Positions 8,190 through 19,800 of a DNA stretch of 28,017 bases are shown here, piece by piece. The notes beneath the pieces were generated by a model. It was not told where the DNA came from, ran no database searches, and worked only from the letters and a program-made list of their open reading frames with translations. The translations under genes and the position numbers were made by a program. Each line of letters opens with the position of its first letter. Position 1 is the first letter of the stretch. The stretch is from Macrostomum lignano (Eukaryota). Location: contig NIVC01005041.1 in assembly GCA_002269645.1 (NCBI GenBank), forward strand, positions 1 through 28,017. The letters are read 5' to 3'.

Positions 8190-10095
8190 TTGGCTGGCTG
8201 ATTGACACCTGGGAATCAGGGATGCTGGCTGATTGACACCTGGGATCAGGGATGCTGGCTGATTGACACCTGAGAATCAGGGATGCTGGCTGATTGACAC
8301 CTGAGGATCAGGGATACTGGCTGATTGACACCTGGGGATCAGGGATGCTGGCTGATTGACACCTGGGGATCAGGGATACTGGCTGATTGACACCTGAGGA
8401 TCAGGGATGCTGGCTGATTGACACCTGGGGATCAGGGATGCTGGCTGATTGACACCTGAGGATCAAGGATGCTGGCTGATTGACACCTGGGGATCAGGGA
8501 TGCTGGCTGATTGACACCTGAGGATCAGGGATACTGGCTGATTGACACCTGGGATCAGGGATGCTGGCTGATTGACACCTGAGGATCAGGGATACTGGCT
8601 GATTGACACCTGGGGATCAGGGATGCTGGCTGATTGACACCTGGGATCAGGGATACTGGCTGATTGACACCTGAGGATCAGGGATGCTGGCTGATTGACA
8701 CCTGGGATCAGGGATGCTGGCTGATTGACACCTGGGGATCAGGGATGCTGGCTGATTGACACCTGAGGATCAAGGATGCTGGCTGATTGACACCTGGGGA
8801 TCAGGGATGCTGGCTGATTGACACCTGAGGATCAAGGATGCTGGCTGATTGACACCTGGGGATCAGGGATGCTGGCTGATTGACACCTGAGGATCAAGGA
8901 TGCTGGCTGATTGACACCTGAGGATCAAGGATGCTGGCTGATTGACACCTGGGGATCAGGGATGCTGGCTGATTGACACCTGGGATCAAGGATGCTGGCT
9001 GATTGACACCTGGGGATCAGAGAGGCTGACTTACTGACACCTGGGATCAGGGATGTCAGCTGATTGACACCTGGGGATCAGGGATGCTGGCATGGCTGAT
9101 TAACACCTGGGAATCAGGGATGCTGGCATGGCTGATTAACACCTGGGAATCAGGGATGCTGGCATGGCTGATTAACACCTGGGAATCAGGGATGCTGGCA
9201 TGGCTGATTAACACCTGGGAATCAGGGATGCTGGCATGGCTGATTAACACCTGGGAATCAGGGATGCTGGCATGGCTGATTAACACCTGGGAATCAGGGA
9301 TGCTGGCATGGCTGATTAACACCTGGGAATCAGGGATGCTGGCATGGCTGATTAACACCTGGGAATCAGGGATGCTGGCATGGCTGATTAACACCTGGGA
9401 ATCAGGGATGCTGGCATGGCTGATTAACACCTGGGAATCAGGGATGCTGGCATGGCTGATTAACACCTGGGAATCAGGGATGCTGGCATGGCTGATTAAC
9501 ACCTGGGAATCAGGGATGCTGGCATGGCTGATTAACACCTGGGATCAGGGATGCTGGCATGGCTGATTAACACCTGGGAATCAGGGATGCTGGCATGGCT
9601 GATTAACACCTGGGATCAGGGATGCTGGCATGGCTGATTAACACCTGGGAATCAGGGATGCTGGCATGGCTGATTAACACCTGGGAATCAGGGATGCTGG
9701 CATGGCTGATTAACACCTGGGAATCAGGGATGCTGGCATGGCTGATTAACACCTGGGATCAGGGATGCTGGCATGGCTGATTAACACCTGGGATCAGGGA
9801 TGCTGGCATGGCTGATTAACACCTGGGAATCAGGGATGCTGGCATGGCTGATTAACACCTGGGATCAGGGATGCTGGCATGGCTGATTAACACCTGGGAA
9901 TCAGGGATGCTGGCATGGCTGATTGACACCTGAGGATCAAGGATGCTGGCTGATTGACACCTGGGATCAGGGATGCTGGCTGATTGACACTTGGGGATCA
10001 GGGAATCAGGGATGCTGGCTGATTGACACCTGGGAATCAGGGATGCTGGCTGATTGACACCTCGGGATCAGGGATGTCGACTGATTGACACCTCG
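8190..10095 (+). repeat. Compound minisatellite: 31-bp units (GCTGGCTGATTGACACCTGGGGATCAGGGAT) flanking a block of 36-bp derivative units (9084-9920), in intron 6
   Basis: 31-bp period (8351 to 8382). The 36-bp block gives 12-aa ORF repeats (MLAWLINTWESG). Confidence 0.96.
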
Positions 10096-10120
10096 AAATA
10101 TGTATGAACCCGGCCCCTAC

Positions 10121-10575
10121 CAGTTCAGCTTCCAGACGAGCTCTCTTCTCCGAGAACTCGCTCCGCTCCCGGTACATGACGCGAATTCGGTCCTCAAGCT
10201 CGGCCACCTGACGGATCAGGGCTTCCTTGTCCGAGCGCTCCCGGCTGGCCTCCTCGGTTGCCAGAGCCAGGCGGTGCTCCAACTCGGCGATTCGCTGCTC
10301 GAGCTGCTCGCGGCAGCGGACCAGGGCATCGTTTGAAGCGGCCAGCCTGCGGCACTGGGCGGCGGATTCGCGCAGCGCGTCCGACTGCTGCTGCTCCACG
10401 GAGGCCTGGTCCCGCGAATGGTCCCGCGATTGATCCTTGGAGAAGTCCCGCGAGCGATCGCGCGAATGGTCCTGAGAATTCTGTTGCTGCATCTGCGGCG
10501 GCGGCGGCGGTTGCGGCCACTGAGGGGCCGGCTGCTGAGATTGCTTAGAAACTGTTGAGGGCGGCTTGAGCGGCA
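10121..10575 (-). CDS. BUB1: MadBub exon 6: P/Q-rich linker, SRD repeats, start of coiled coil
   Basis: Coding part of track ORF 10037..10744. Pyrimidine-rich acceptor cccttacgcccctcag, donor CTG|gtaggg. 455 nt, phase 1 to 0, in frame with both neighbours. Confidence 0.82.
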
Positions 10576-10639
10576 CTGAGGGGCGTAAGGGTGGGTTGGA
10601 GAAAATGGCGTTTGTTGCATACAAGTACTGGTTTACACA

Positions 10640-10646
10640 GACAGTC

Positions 10647-10715
<69 letters not shown>

Positions 10716-10746
10716 CTAAGACAGACAGACAGACAGACAGACACTA

Positions 10747-10791
<45 letters not shown>

Positions 10792-10944
10792 GTCAGACAG
10801 ACAGACACTAAGACAGTCAGTCAGACAGACAGTCAGTCAGTCAGACAGACAGTCAGACAGACAGACAGACAGACAGACAGTCAGTCAGTCAGACAGACAG
10901 TCAGTCAGTCAGTCAGACAGAGAGAGACAGACAGACAGACAGAC

Positions 10945-10989
<45 letters not shown>

Positions 10990-10992
10990 GTC

Positions 10993-11051
<59 letters not shown>

Positions 11052-11054
11052 GTC

Positions 11055-11099
<45 letters not shown>

Positions 11100-11130
11100 G
11101 TCAGACAGACAGACAGACAGACAGACAGTC

Positions 11131-11163
<33 letters not shown>

Positions 11164-11165
11164 GG
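10640..11165 (+). repeat. (CAGA)n microsatellite with CACTAA and GTCA interruptions, filling intron 5
   Basis: Read directly. Confidence 0.96.
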
Positions 11166-11189
11166 CAGGCAAATCAATGCAGCGCTGAC

Positions 11190-11840
11190 CAGCGTTGGGG
11201 TGACGCAGAGCGGCGCGCAGCTCCTCAAAGCAGACCTCCTGCAGGCCCATGTACAGCTTGTCAATCTGGCACATGAACCGCTCGCCCGGCTTCAGCTGGT
11301 GTTGCATCATCTGCTGCTGCTGTTGCTGCTGCTGATGCTGCTGCAGATCGAAGGCGCCGAACAATTTGGACGGCGAGGTGTCGTCCTGGTCGGGGCGCGG
11401 CTTCTTCGGCGCGCACTCGGACAGGCCGCGCTTGTAAGCGCTGGCCGGGGTCGGCGCCACGGACGCCGCTGCCGACGCTGACAACTGCGGAATGTCGTCC
11501 TCGTGCACCTGCAGCGTGGCCGGCTTATCAGCGTTGGCCGTCGAGCTGGCGGCAGCGGCGTCGCGTCGACGGCTCTCCTGAAGGCCGCCGCGCTCGTTCC
11601 AGGGCCGCGGCTCCATCGTGTTCTCTTTGAAGCCCTCCGCGACGGCTTCGAACTGCGGTCCGCGGCCTTGGCGTTGGCGGCCGCCGGCAGCGGAAGCGGC
11701 GGCGCTGCCGTTCTCGTCGGCCACGCTGGCGGATGCGGGCACAACAAACGGAGCGGACGGGTTGCGGTTGCCGGCGGCGGCTGCGGCGTGTCGCTGCTGC
11801 TGTTGCTGCTGCTGGCCATGGCCGAGGCCGCTCTGATTGC
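11190..11840 (-). CDS. BUB1: MadBub exon 5: ABBA1-like, KEN box (KENTMEPRPWN), ABBA2-like (LQVHED) and GLEBS/Bub3-binding motif (ERFMCQIDKLYMGLQEVCFEELRA)
   Basis: Matches BubR1 'KENELQAGPWN' and '[24 protein letters not shown]'. Acceptor tgcgtgcag. Donor G|gtcagc is slightly non-consensus and is the least certain boundary. 651 nt, phase 1 to 1. Confidence 0.9.
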
Positions 11841-11936
11841 CTGCACGCAGGTGTTGGTTACCACAGTTACCATGTCAGTTGGGATTAGTTTGATTGTGAA
11901 CGCTGTGTTCAAAACTATGCGAAATGTCTACGGATA

Positions 11937-12706
11937 ACATGGGAAGATGCACTGGGAGTGTGAGGGAGAGTGTTGGGAAGATGCACTGGGAGTGTGAAGG
12001 AGAGTGTGGGGAAGATGCACTGGGAGTGTGAGGGAGAGTGTGGGGAAGATGCACTGGGAGTGTGAGGGAGTGTGGGGAAGATGCACTGGGAGTGTGAGGG
12101 AGAGTGTGGGGAAGATGCACTGGGAGTGTGAGGGAGTGTGGGGAAGATGCACTGGGAGTGTGAGGGAGAGTGTGGGGAAGATGCACTGGGAGTGTGAGGG
12201 AGAGTGTGGGGAAGATGCACTGGGAGTGTGAGGGAGTGTGGGGAAGATGCACTGGGAGTGTGAGGGAGTGTGGGGAAGATGCACTGGGAGTGTGAGGGAG
12301 TGTGGGGAAGATGCATTGGGAGTATGAGAGGGAGAGTGTGGGGAAGATGCACTGGGAGTGTGAGGGAGAGTGTTGGGAAGATGCACTGGGAGTGTGAAGG
12401 AGTGTGGGGAAGATGCACCGGGAGTGTGAGGGAGAGTGTGGGGAAGATGCACTGGGAGTGTGAGGGAGTGTGGGGAAGATGCACCGGGAGTGTGAGGGAG
12501 AGTGTTGGGAAGATGCACTGGGAGTGTGAGGGAGAGTGTGGGGAAGATGCACTGGGAGTGTGAGGGAGAGTGTGGGGAAGATGCATTGGGAGTGTGAGGG
12601 AGTGTGGGAAAGATGCACTGGGAGTGTGAGGGAGTGTGGGGAAGATGCACTGGGAGTGTGAGGGAGTGTGGGAAAGATGCACTGGGAGTGTGAGGGAGAG
12701 TGTGGG
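11937..12706 (+). repeat. 32/34-bp minisatellite (GGGGAAGATGCACTGGGAGTGTGAGGGAG[AG]TGT), ~23 copies, in intron 4
   Basis: Alternating 32- and 34-bp units. A dimer gives the 22-aa ORF repeat. Confidence 0.96.
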
Positions 12707-13363
12707 GCGCAGAAGGGGAAGATGGAGAGAGCGGTAGGGGAAATGGGAATTTTCTGTGAAAGACAGATTAGTGGGGGGGGGGCAAATCCCATCCAGGAAG
12801 AAGCAATAAAATTGCCCTAATGAATAGCAGAGCAGAAGAGCAAACAGTGGACAAAGCAGAGAAAAACAGTGGCCACTCGGCCGCAAATTTTCGCGCTCTA
12901 ATCTAACCTAGAGAGCTGGAATTAAAATCAGATGAGGGCAAAAGGGACTTTAATGAAGAGATTTGGCAGACCAGGCAGGGTGGGGCGGGCAAGCGACCTG
13001 TTTGCTGAGTCAACAGCAATCTCACGGCTCTGGGCGATTTTTTAGCTGCACAAAACCCTTCCCAGAAAACGCTTGGCCGCTGTTTGATGTTTGAGCGGCC
13101 ACGAACCCACCTACCCTGAGCTCAAGCCGCTTTCACTTTCTCCAACCTGTCACCTGTGCCCGCTCGGACCAGAGGCCACAACCTGACTTCCCTTAGATTT
13201 GGGTGATGCTCAAACAAAACCGCATGAGAGCGAACGGCCTGCTGCTGAGCACAGGGCCCTCCGTGATCGACAGCCAGACTGCAGCCAGCGAGGAGGCAGG
13301 CAGTTCTGCCCCCTCAACTGACCCTGGTGACAAAGCAGCTGTCATGAGCATAACACGTCTGGA

Positions 13364-13570
13364 TAGATAGACAGACTGACAGACTGACAGAGAGACAGAC
13401 AGACAGATACACAGACAGATACACAGACAGATACACAGACAGACAGGCAGACAGGCAGACAGACAGACAGATAGACAGACAGACAGACAGCCAGACAGGC
13501 AGACAGACAGACAGAGACAGGCAGACAGACAGACAGACAGACAGCCAGACAGACAGGCAGACAGATAGAT
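13364..13570 (+). repeat. (CAGA/GATA)n degenerate microsatellite
   Basis: Read directly. Confidence 0.9.
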
Positions 13571-13579
13571 ACTACTCGT

Positions 13580-13675
13580 AAAATGAAAAACAATGTCGCA
13601 GATTCGAACCCGGGGACCATCAGATGAGAGCATGGTGAGAATTGCCGAGCCGTTGCACACGAACAGCTGGGATTT
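13580..13675 (-). mobile_element. Possible tRNA-derived SINE head or tRNA pseudogene fragment
   Basis: Minus strand reads ...GGTCCCCGGGTTCGAATCTGC..., a Pol III B-box, followed by TTTTT and a microsatellite. The A-box is only loosely recognisable and I could not fold a cloverleaf. Confidence 0.35.
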
Positions 13676-14231
13676 CCGTCCATGGTGCAGCAACGCAGAT
13701 GCTGATGCAGATTCGGACTCGCGCAAAAGAAATAAATTGAGAGCCCGCGGAGACGCTGGGCGAGGCGTGGCCGGAATGACAAGCGGCCAGGGGGGAGATA
13801 ATATCATAAGGAGAATTCGGGCCCCGGCCGGGGACGAGCTGTGCCGGCTAAACGGAACTTGATTTATCCACGCCAAAATTTCCCAGCACAGGGGCAATAT
13901 CCCAATATCCTAAGCTAATGACTGCTGGCTGCTATAAGCCGGCTCCCTAACTTCGCCAGCCTCCAGACCATCCGTCCCAATCTGTCCAAGAGGAAGCGCA
14001 TGCGCCATCTTTCAGATATTCCGCGCATGGCCCGCACAGGCGACGCAAATACAGGAAGCAGATGAGACAGGCCCTGATCGTGACCTCCCTCCCCGAACTT
14101 ATCTCGGGAGTAATTGCCTAGCAAAATACACTGTAATGCATCATTTACTGCACATGGACCGTGATCTGCTCAGCTGCTGACTGCAATAATAAGAAAGGGT
14201 TTTGGAGACGGCTCCAGACAGAATTGGGGAG

Positions 14232-16792
14232 GGTTTGGAGGGATCAAGATAGAATCAGGGAGGGTTTTTGGAGGGATCAAGATAGAATCAGGGAGGGTTT
14301 TGGAGGGATCAAGATAGAATCAGGGAAGGGTATTGGAGGGATCAAGATAGAATCAGGGAGAGTATTGGAGGGATCAAGATAGAATCAGGGAAGGGTATTG
14401 GAGGGATCAAGATAGAATCAGGGAGAGTATTGGAGGGATCAAGATAGAATCAGGGAGAGTATTGGAGGGATCAAGATAGAATCAGGGAAGGGTATTGGAG
14501 GGATCAAGATAGAATCAGGGAGAGTATTGGAGGGATCAAGATAGAATCAGGGAAGGGTATTGGAGGGATCAAGATAGAATCAGGGGAGGGTATTGGAGGG
14601 ATTAAGATAGAATCAGGGAAGGGTATTGGAGGGATCAAGATATAATCAGGGAAGGGTATTGGAGGGATCAAGATATAATCAGGGAAGGGTATTGGAGGGA
14701 TCAAGATAGAATCAGGGGAGGGTATTGGAGGGATCAAGATAGAATCAGGGAGAGTATTGGAGGGATCAAGATAGAATCAGGGAAGGGTATTGGAGGGATC
14801 AAGATAGAATCAGGGGAGGGTATTGGAGGGATTAAGATAGAATCAGGGGAGGGTATTGGAGGGATCAAGATAGAATCAGGGAAGGGTATTGGAGGGATCA
14901 AGATAGAACCAGGGAAGGGTATTGGAGGGATCAAGATAGAACCAGGGAAGGGTATTGGAGGGATCAAGATAGAACAGGGAAGGGTATTGGAGGGATCTAG
15001 ATAGAATCAGGGAAGGGTATTGGAGGGATTAAGATAGAACCAGGGAAGGGTATTGGAGGGATCAAGATAGAACAGGGAGGGTATTGGAGGGATCAAGATA
15101 GAATCAGGGGAGGGTATTGGAGGGATTAAGATAGAATCAGGGAGGGTATTGAAGGGATTAAGATAGAACCAGGGAAGGGTATTGGAGGGATTAAGATAGA
15201 ACCAGGGAAGGGTATTGGAGGGATCAAGATAGAACCAGGGAAGGGTATTGGAGGGATCAAGATAGAACCAGGGAAGGGTATTGGAGGGATTAAGATAGAA
15301 TCAAGAAGGGTATTGGAGGGATCAAGATGGAATCAGGGAAGGGTATTGGAGGGATCAAGATAGAACCAGGGAAGGGTATTGGAGGGATTAAGATAGAACC
15401 AGGGAAGGGTATTGGAGGGATCAAGATAGAACCAGGGAAGGGTATTGGAGGGATCAAGATAGAACCAGGGAAGGGTATTGGAGGGATCAAGATAGAACCA
15501 GGGAAGGGTATTGGAGGGATTAAGATAGAATCAAGAAGGGTATAGGAGGGATCAAGATGGAATCAGGGAAGGGTATTGGAGGGATCAAGATAGAACCAGG
15601 GAAGGGTATTGGAGGGATCTAGATAGAACCAGGGAAGGGTATTGGAGGGATCAAGATAGAACCAGGGAAGGGTATTGGAGGGATCAAGATAGAACCAGGG
15701 AAGGGTATTGGAGGGATTAAGATAGAATCAAGAAGGGTATTGGAGGGATCAAGATGGAATCAGGGAAGGGTATTGGAGGGATCAAGATAGAACCAGGGAA
15801 GGGTATTGGAGGGATTAAGATAGAACCAGGGAAGGGTATTGGAGGGATCAAGATAGAACCAGGGAAGGGTATTGGAGGGATCAAGATAGAACCAGGGAAG
15901 GGTATTGGAGGGATTAAGATAGAATCAGGGAAGGGTATTGGAGGGATTAAGATAGAATCAGGGAAGGGTATTGGAGGGATCAAGATAGAACCAGGGAAGG
16001 GTATTGGAGGGATCAAGATAGAACCAGGGAAGGGTATTGGAGGGATCAAGATAGAACCAGGGAAGGGTATTGGAGGGATCAAGATAGAACCAGGGAAGGG
16101 TATTGGAGGGATCAAGATAGAACCAGGGAAGGGTATTGGAGGGATCAAGATAGAACCAGGGAAGGGTATTGGAGGGATCAAGATAGAACCAGGGAAGGGT
16201 ATTGGAGGGATTAAGATAGAATCAGGGAAGGGTATTGGAGGGATTAAGATAGAACAGGGAAGGGTATTGGAGGGATCAAGATAGAATCAGGGAAGGGTAT
16301 TGGAGGGATTAAGATAGAATCAGGGAAGGGTATTGGAGGGATCAAGATAGAACCAGGGAAGGGTATTGGAGGGATTAAGATAGAACCAGGGAAGGGTATT
16401 GGAGGGATCAAGATAGAACCAGGGAAGGGTATTGGAGGGATCAAGATAGAACCAGGGAAGGGTATTGGAGGGATCAAGATAGAACCAGGGAAGGGTATTG
16501 GAGGGATCAAGATAGAACCAGGGAAGGGTATTGGAGGGATTAAGATAGAATCAGGGAAGGGTATTGGAGGGATTAAGATAGAACCAGGGAAGGGTATTGG
16601 AGGGATTAAGATAGAACCAGGGAAGGGTATTGGAGGGATCAAGATAGAACCAGGGAAGGGTATTGGAGGGATTAAGATAGAATCAGGGAAGGGTATTGGA
16701 GGGATCAAGATAGAACCAGGGAAGGGTATTGGAGGGATCAAGATAGAACCAGGGAAGGGTATTGGAGGGATTAAGATAGAATCAGGGAAGGG
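14232..16792 (+). repeat. 33-bp minisatellite (GGAGGGATCAAGATAGAA[T/C]CAGGGAAGGGTATT), ~77 copies, 2.56 kb, in intron 4
   Basis: 11-aa ORF repeats (GKGIGGIKIEP). Occasional 32-bp units break the frame. Confidence 0.97.
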
Positions 16793-17379
16793 TGTTATAC
16801 GTGAAGATACATGCAGAATGAAGAGGAAGTGAAAACGGACTGTATTGAGGAAGACACAATAAGAAAGTTGAACAGAGGGGGGGGGTCAGAAAAGGCCTTG
16901 TCAAATCAAAGAAAAGAAAAGCCATCACCGGCGCACACGAGAATAAACACGGGCACGCACATCTCCTATTCCTAAACATGGGAGAACAAGCGGGACACAG
17001 ATAAGCAAGAAACACCGGTTCAGCGGCGGACGAGGCAAAAAAATTACAAGTTTCTCGTGTCGCTGTCAGTCTTTGGTGAGGGCAAATGTTGTTATCTGAC
17101 CATGCGAATGCACTCCGGAGCGCAAGGCACGGCGGCTGGGGTTGAAAAGACTTTTCCGAGCCAGTTGAAACATAAGCAGAGAGAATGGGATCGGCTGCGA
17201 ACACAAACTGGCACTGGAGCTGCCGAGCGGTCCGAAGAGCAAGGAGGGAAAGCGGTAGCCTGTCTGTCAGATCCGCTATCGGAGGTAGTCAGAGTATCGC
17301 TTCAAGCATTTATTTCAGCATGTATTTTACCCTTAACCTCTGGTCAGAACTCTAGGAAGCGAACAGTTAACAAGCTAGC

Positions 17380-17416
17380 TAGATAGATAAATAGACAGAT
17401 AGATAGATAGATAGAC

Positions 17417-17479
<63 letters not shown>

Positions 17480-17483
17480 CAGA

Positions 17484-17537
<54 letters not shown>

Positions 17538-17596
17538 CACAGACAGACAGACAGACAGACACACACACACACAGACAGACAGACAGACAGACAGGC

Positions 17597-17655
<59 letters not shown>

Positions 17656-17660
17656 TAGGC

Positions 17661-17707
<47 letters not shown>

Positions 17708-17708
17708 T
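17380..17708 (+). repeat. Compound (GATA)n-(GACA)n microsatellite next to the exon 4 donor
   Basis: Read directly. Confidence 0.95.
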
Positions 17709-17732
17709 ATACACAGGAAGCAATGCACTCAC

Positions 17733-17974
17733 GCGACACGGCGCTGCCAACCCGCATCACGGGCGCCTGACCTCCAGCTGTTGTCCTGAGCGCCGCCAAA
17801 GCTTTCCGAGTACGCGAGTTGCCGCCGCCGCCGCCAGCTGCCGACGCGAGCTGCTGCTGCTGCTGATCCAGCACAGAGTCGGCGCCAATCAGCGGCCTGG
17901 TGGTCTGCGTGTCGTTGCCGTCGAGCATGAGGCTCTGCAGGCCGGCCTGCTGGGCCAGCCGGCGTTTGAAAAGC
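17733..17974 (-). CDS. BUB1: MadBub exon 4 (LFKRRLAQQAGLQSLMLDG...RTRKALAALRTTAGGQAPVMRVGSAVS)
   Basis: Resembles BubR1 '[26 protein letters not shown]'. Acceptor cccgcaag, donor C|gtgagt. 242 nt, phase 2 to 1. Overlaps track ORF 17344..17928. Confidence 0.88.
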
Positions 17975-18139
17975 CTTGCGGGGATCGGCAGGCGGTGATT
18001 TGATGAAATAGTAAAATATAAGCTGGCTTCATTTTAAAGTACAACACTAGCTAAGAGCTGTAAGAGTCCAAAGGTCGCGCATGCTCAGTCGATTTCTTAT
18101 GGATTGCCCTTATGGAGCTTGAGTTGCACAAATGTGCGG

Positions 18140-18230
18140 CCATGGGCGGATTCGAACCTGGGGACACCGCTGACCAGCCGCACCAAATGCAGTTTAGCAG
18201 CTATTTCAATACACTCTCTGTGCCTTGAGG
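18140..18230 (-). mobile_element. Second possible tRNA-derived SINE-like fragment
   Basis: Minus strand GTCCCCAGGTTCGAATCCGC (B-box), 18/20 identical to 13598-13617. Boundaries uncertain. Confidence 0.3.
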
Positions 18231-19043
18231 GCTGGCCCTCCAAATAAATGAGTGGTGAGCACCGAATCAAACCTATAAATCATTATCTGCAAGCTTGAAA
18301 GCTATAATTTCGCCGCTGACATCCTGTCAAATCTCATTTACGAGGTCAACAAAGCTTAAAGTCCAGTTTGAGGCCTACAAACGCAAAGAAAAAAAGCACA
18401 ATTATAAGAATAAAGGCTATGGAATAGAAGCAGAAGCAGGGAAGCAGAAAGTAAAACAGAGCAGGAAAATCATGCATATTCATAAGGCCAGCAACTGAGA
18501 ACTCTGCTCGGGCATCTTAGCCGGAGTTAGGCAGACATGGGAGAAATGCATCATTTCCTGAAATGCGCACTTCAATATCCCGAGAGCCCGCTGGGAGGCA
18601 GGGGGGGGGGGGGCGGCAATGGACTTGAAAAAACATGTTGCTGACAAACGACCCTGGTGTGATGAGTGACCCGGAGCGTGGTAGGAGAGGCTATTTTTAG
18701 AGCACCACAACAATACTAATAAGTCTTGTCACCACCAGAACGCAAGCCAGCGCTGTAAGGTTAAAAACTTTTCTAAACCAAGCGGTTTGTTACGTCACAT
18801 CTGCAACTGGCAATTAAGATGCTAGAGTGGGCAATTCTGGCATGCCGGGTGAGCAGCCTGTCTGAGTCAGACCGCGCCAAGCGCTTTTAAAGGCCCTCCC
18901 GTTAGTTCAGCTGAGCGTGCAACTCGGGCGGAATTGGTTTTGAAGAAATCAATTCGATACCGCTGGAAGCAGTCCCGTCAGATTTTTTTGGGAGAGGCAA
19001 GGGAAAATCGGAGAAAAATGCAAAAGGAGAAAAATTCTTATAC

Positions 19044-19800
19044 TGGGGATTTGAGATCTGAGATCTGGGATGTGGGATCGGGGATCTGGGATCTGGGATC
19101 GGGGATCTGAGATCAAGGACATGGGATCGGGGATCTGGGATCGGGGATCGGGAATCTGGGATCGGGGATCTGGGATTGGGGATCTCTGATTGAGGATATG
19201 GTATCTGGGATCGGAATCGGGGATCTGGGATCGGGGATCTGGGATCTGGGATCTGGGATCGGGGATCTGGGATCTGGGATCGGGGATCTGGGATCTGGGA
19301 TCGGGGATCTGGGATCGGGGATCTGGGATCGGGGATCTGGGATCGGGGATCTGGGATCGGGGATCTGGGATCGGGGATCTGGGATCGGGGATCTGGGATC
19401 AGGGATCTGAGATCGGGGACATGGGATCGGGGATCTGGGATCGGGGATCTGGGATTGGGGATCTCTGATTGAGGATATGGTATCTGGGATCGGAATCGGG
19501 GATCTGGGATCGGGGATCTGGGATCGGGGATCTGGGATCGGGGATCTGGGATCGGGGATCTGGGATCGGGGATCTGGGATCGGGGATCGGGGATCTGGGA
19601 TCTGGGATCTAGGATCGGGGATCTGGGATCTAGGATCGGGGATTTGGGATCGGGATCGGGGATCTGGAATCGGGGATCTGGGATCGGGGATCTGGAATCG
19701 GGGATCTGGGATCTGGGATCTGGGATCTGGGATCAGGGATCTAAGATCTGGGCTATGGGATCTCTGATTGAAGATACGGAATCTGGGATCGGGGAACTGG
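19044..19800 (+). repeat. (GGGATC[T/G])n 6-7-bp repeat with a ~280-300-bp higher-order structure, in intron 3
   Basis: Marker gatctctgattga[g/a]gata recurs near 19181, 19460 and 19759. Confidence 0.94.

Noticed and set aside
8190-10095. 31/36-bp repeats of CRISPR-like length
   Set aside because: Units are head-to-tail with no unique spacers, there are no cas genes, and the context is a eukaryotic intron.
13193-13360. Exon-like GC-rich segment after a tatccag acceptor in intron 4
   Set aside because: Joining in the required phase 1 hits TGA after 4 codons; the open frame is incompatible and ends in a stop. Exons 4 and 5 join correctly without it.
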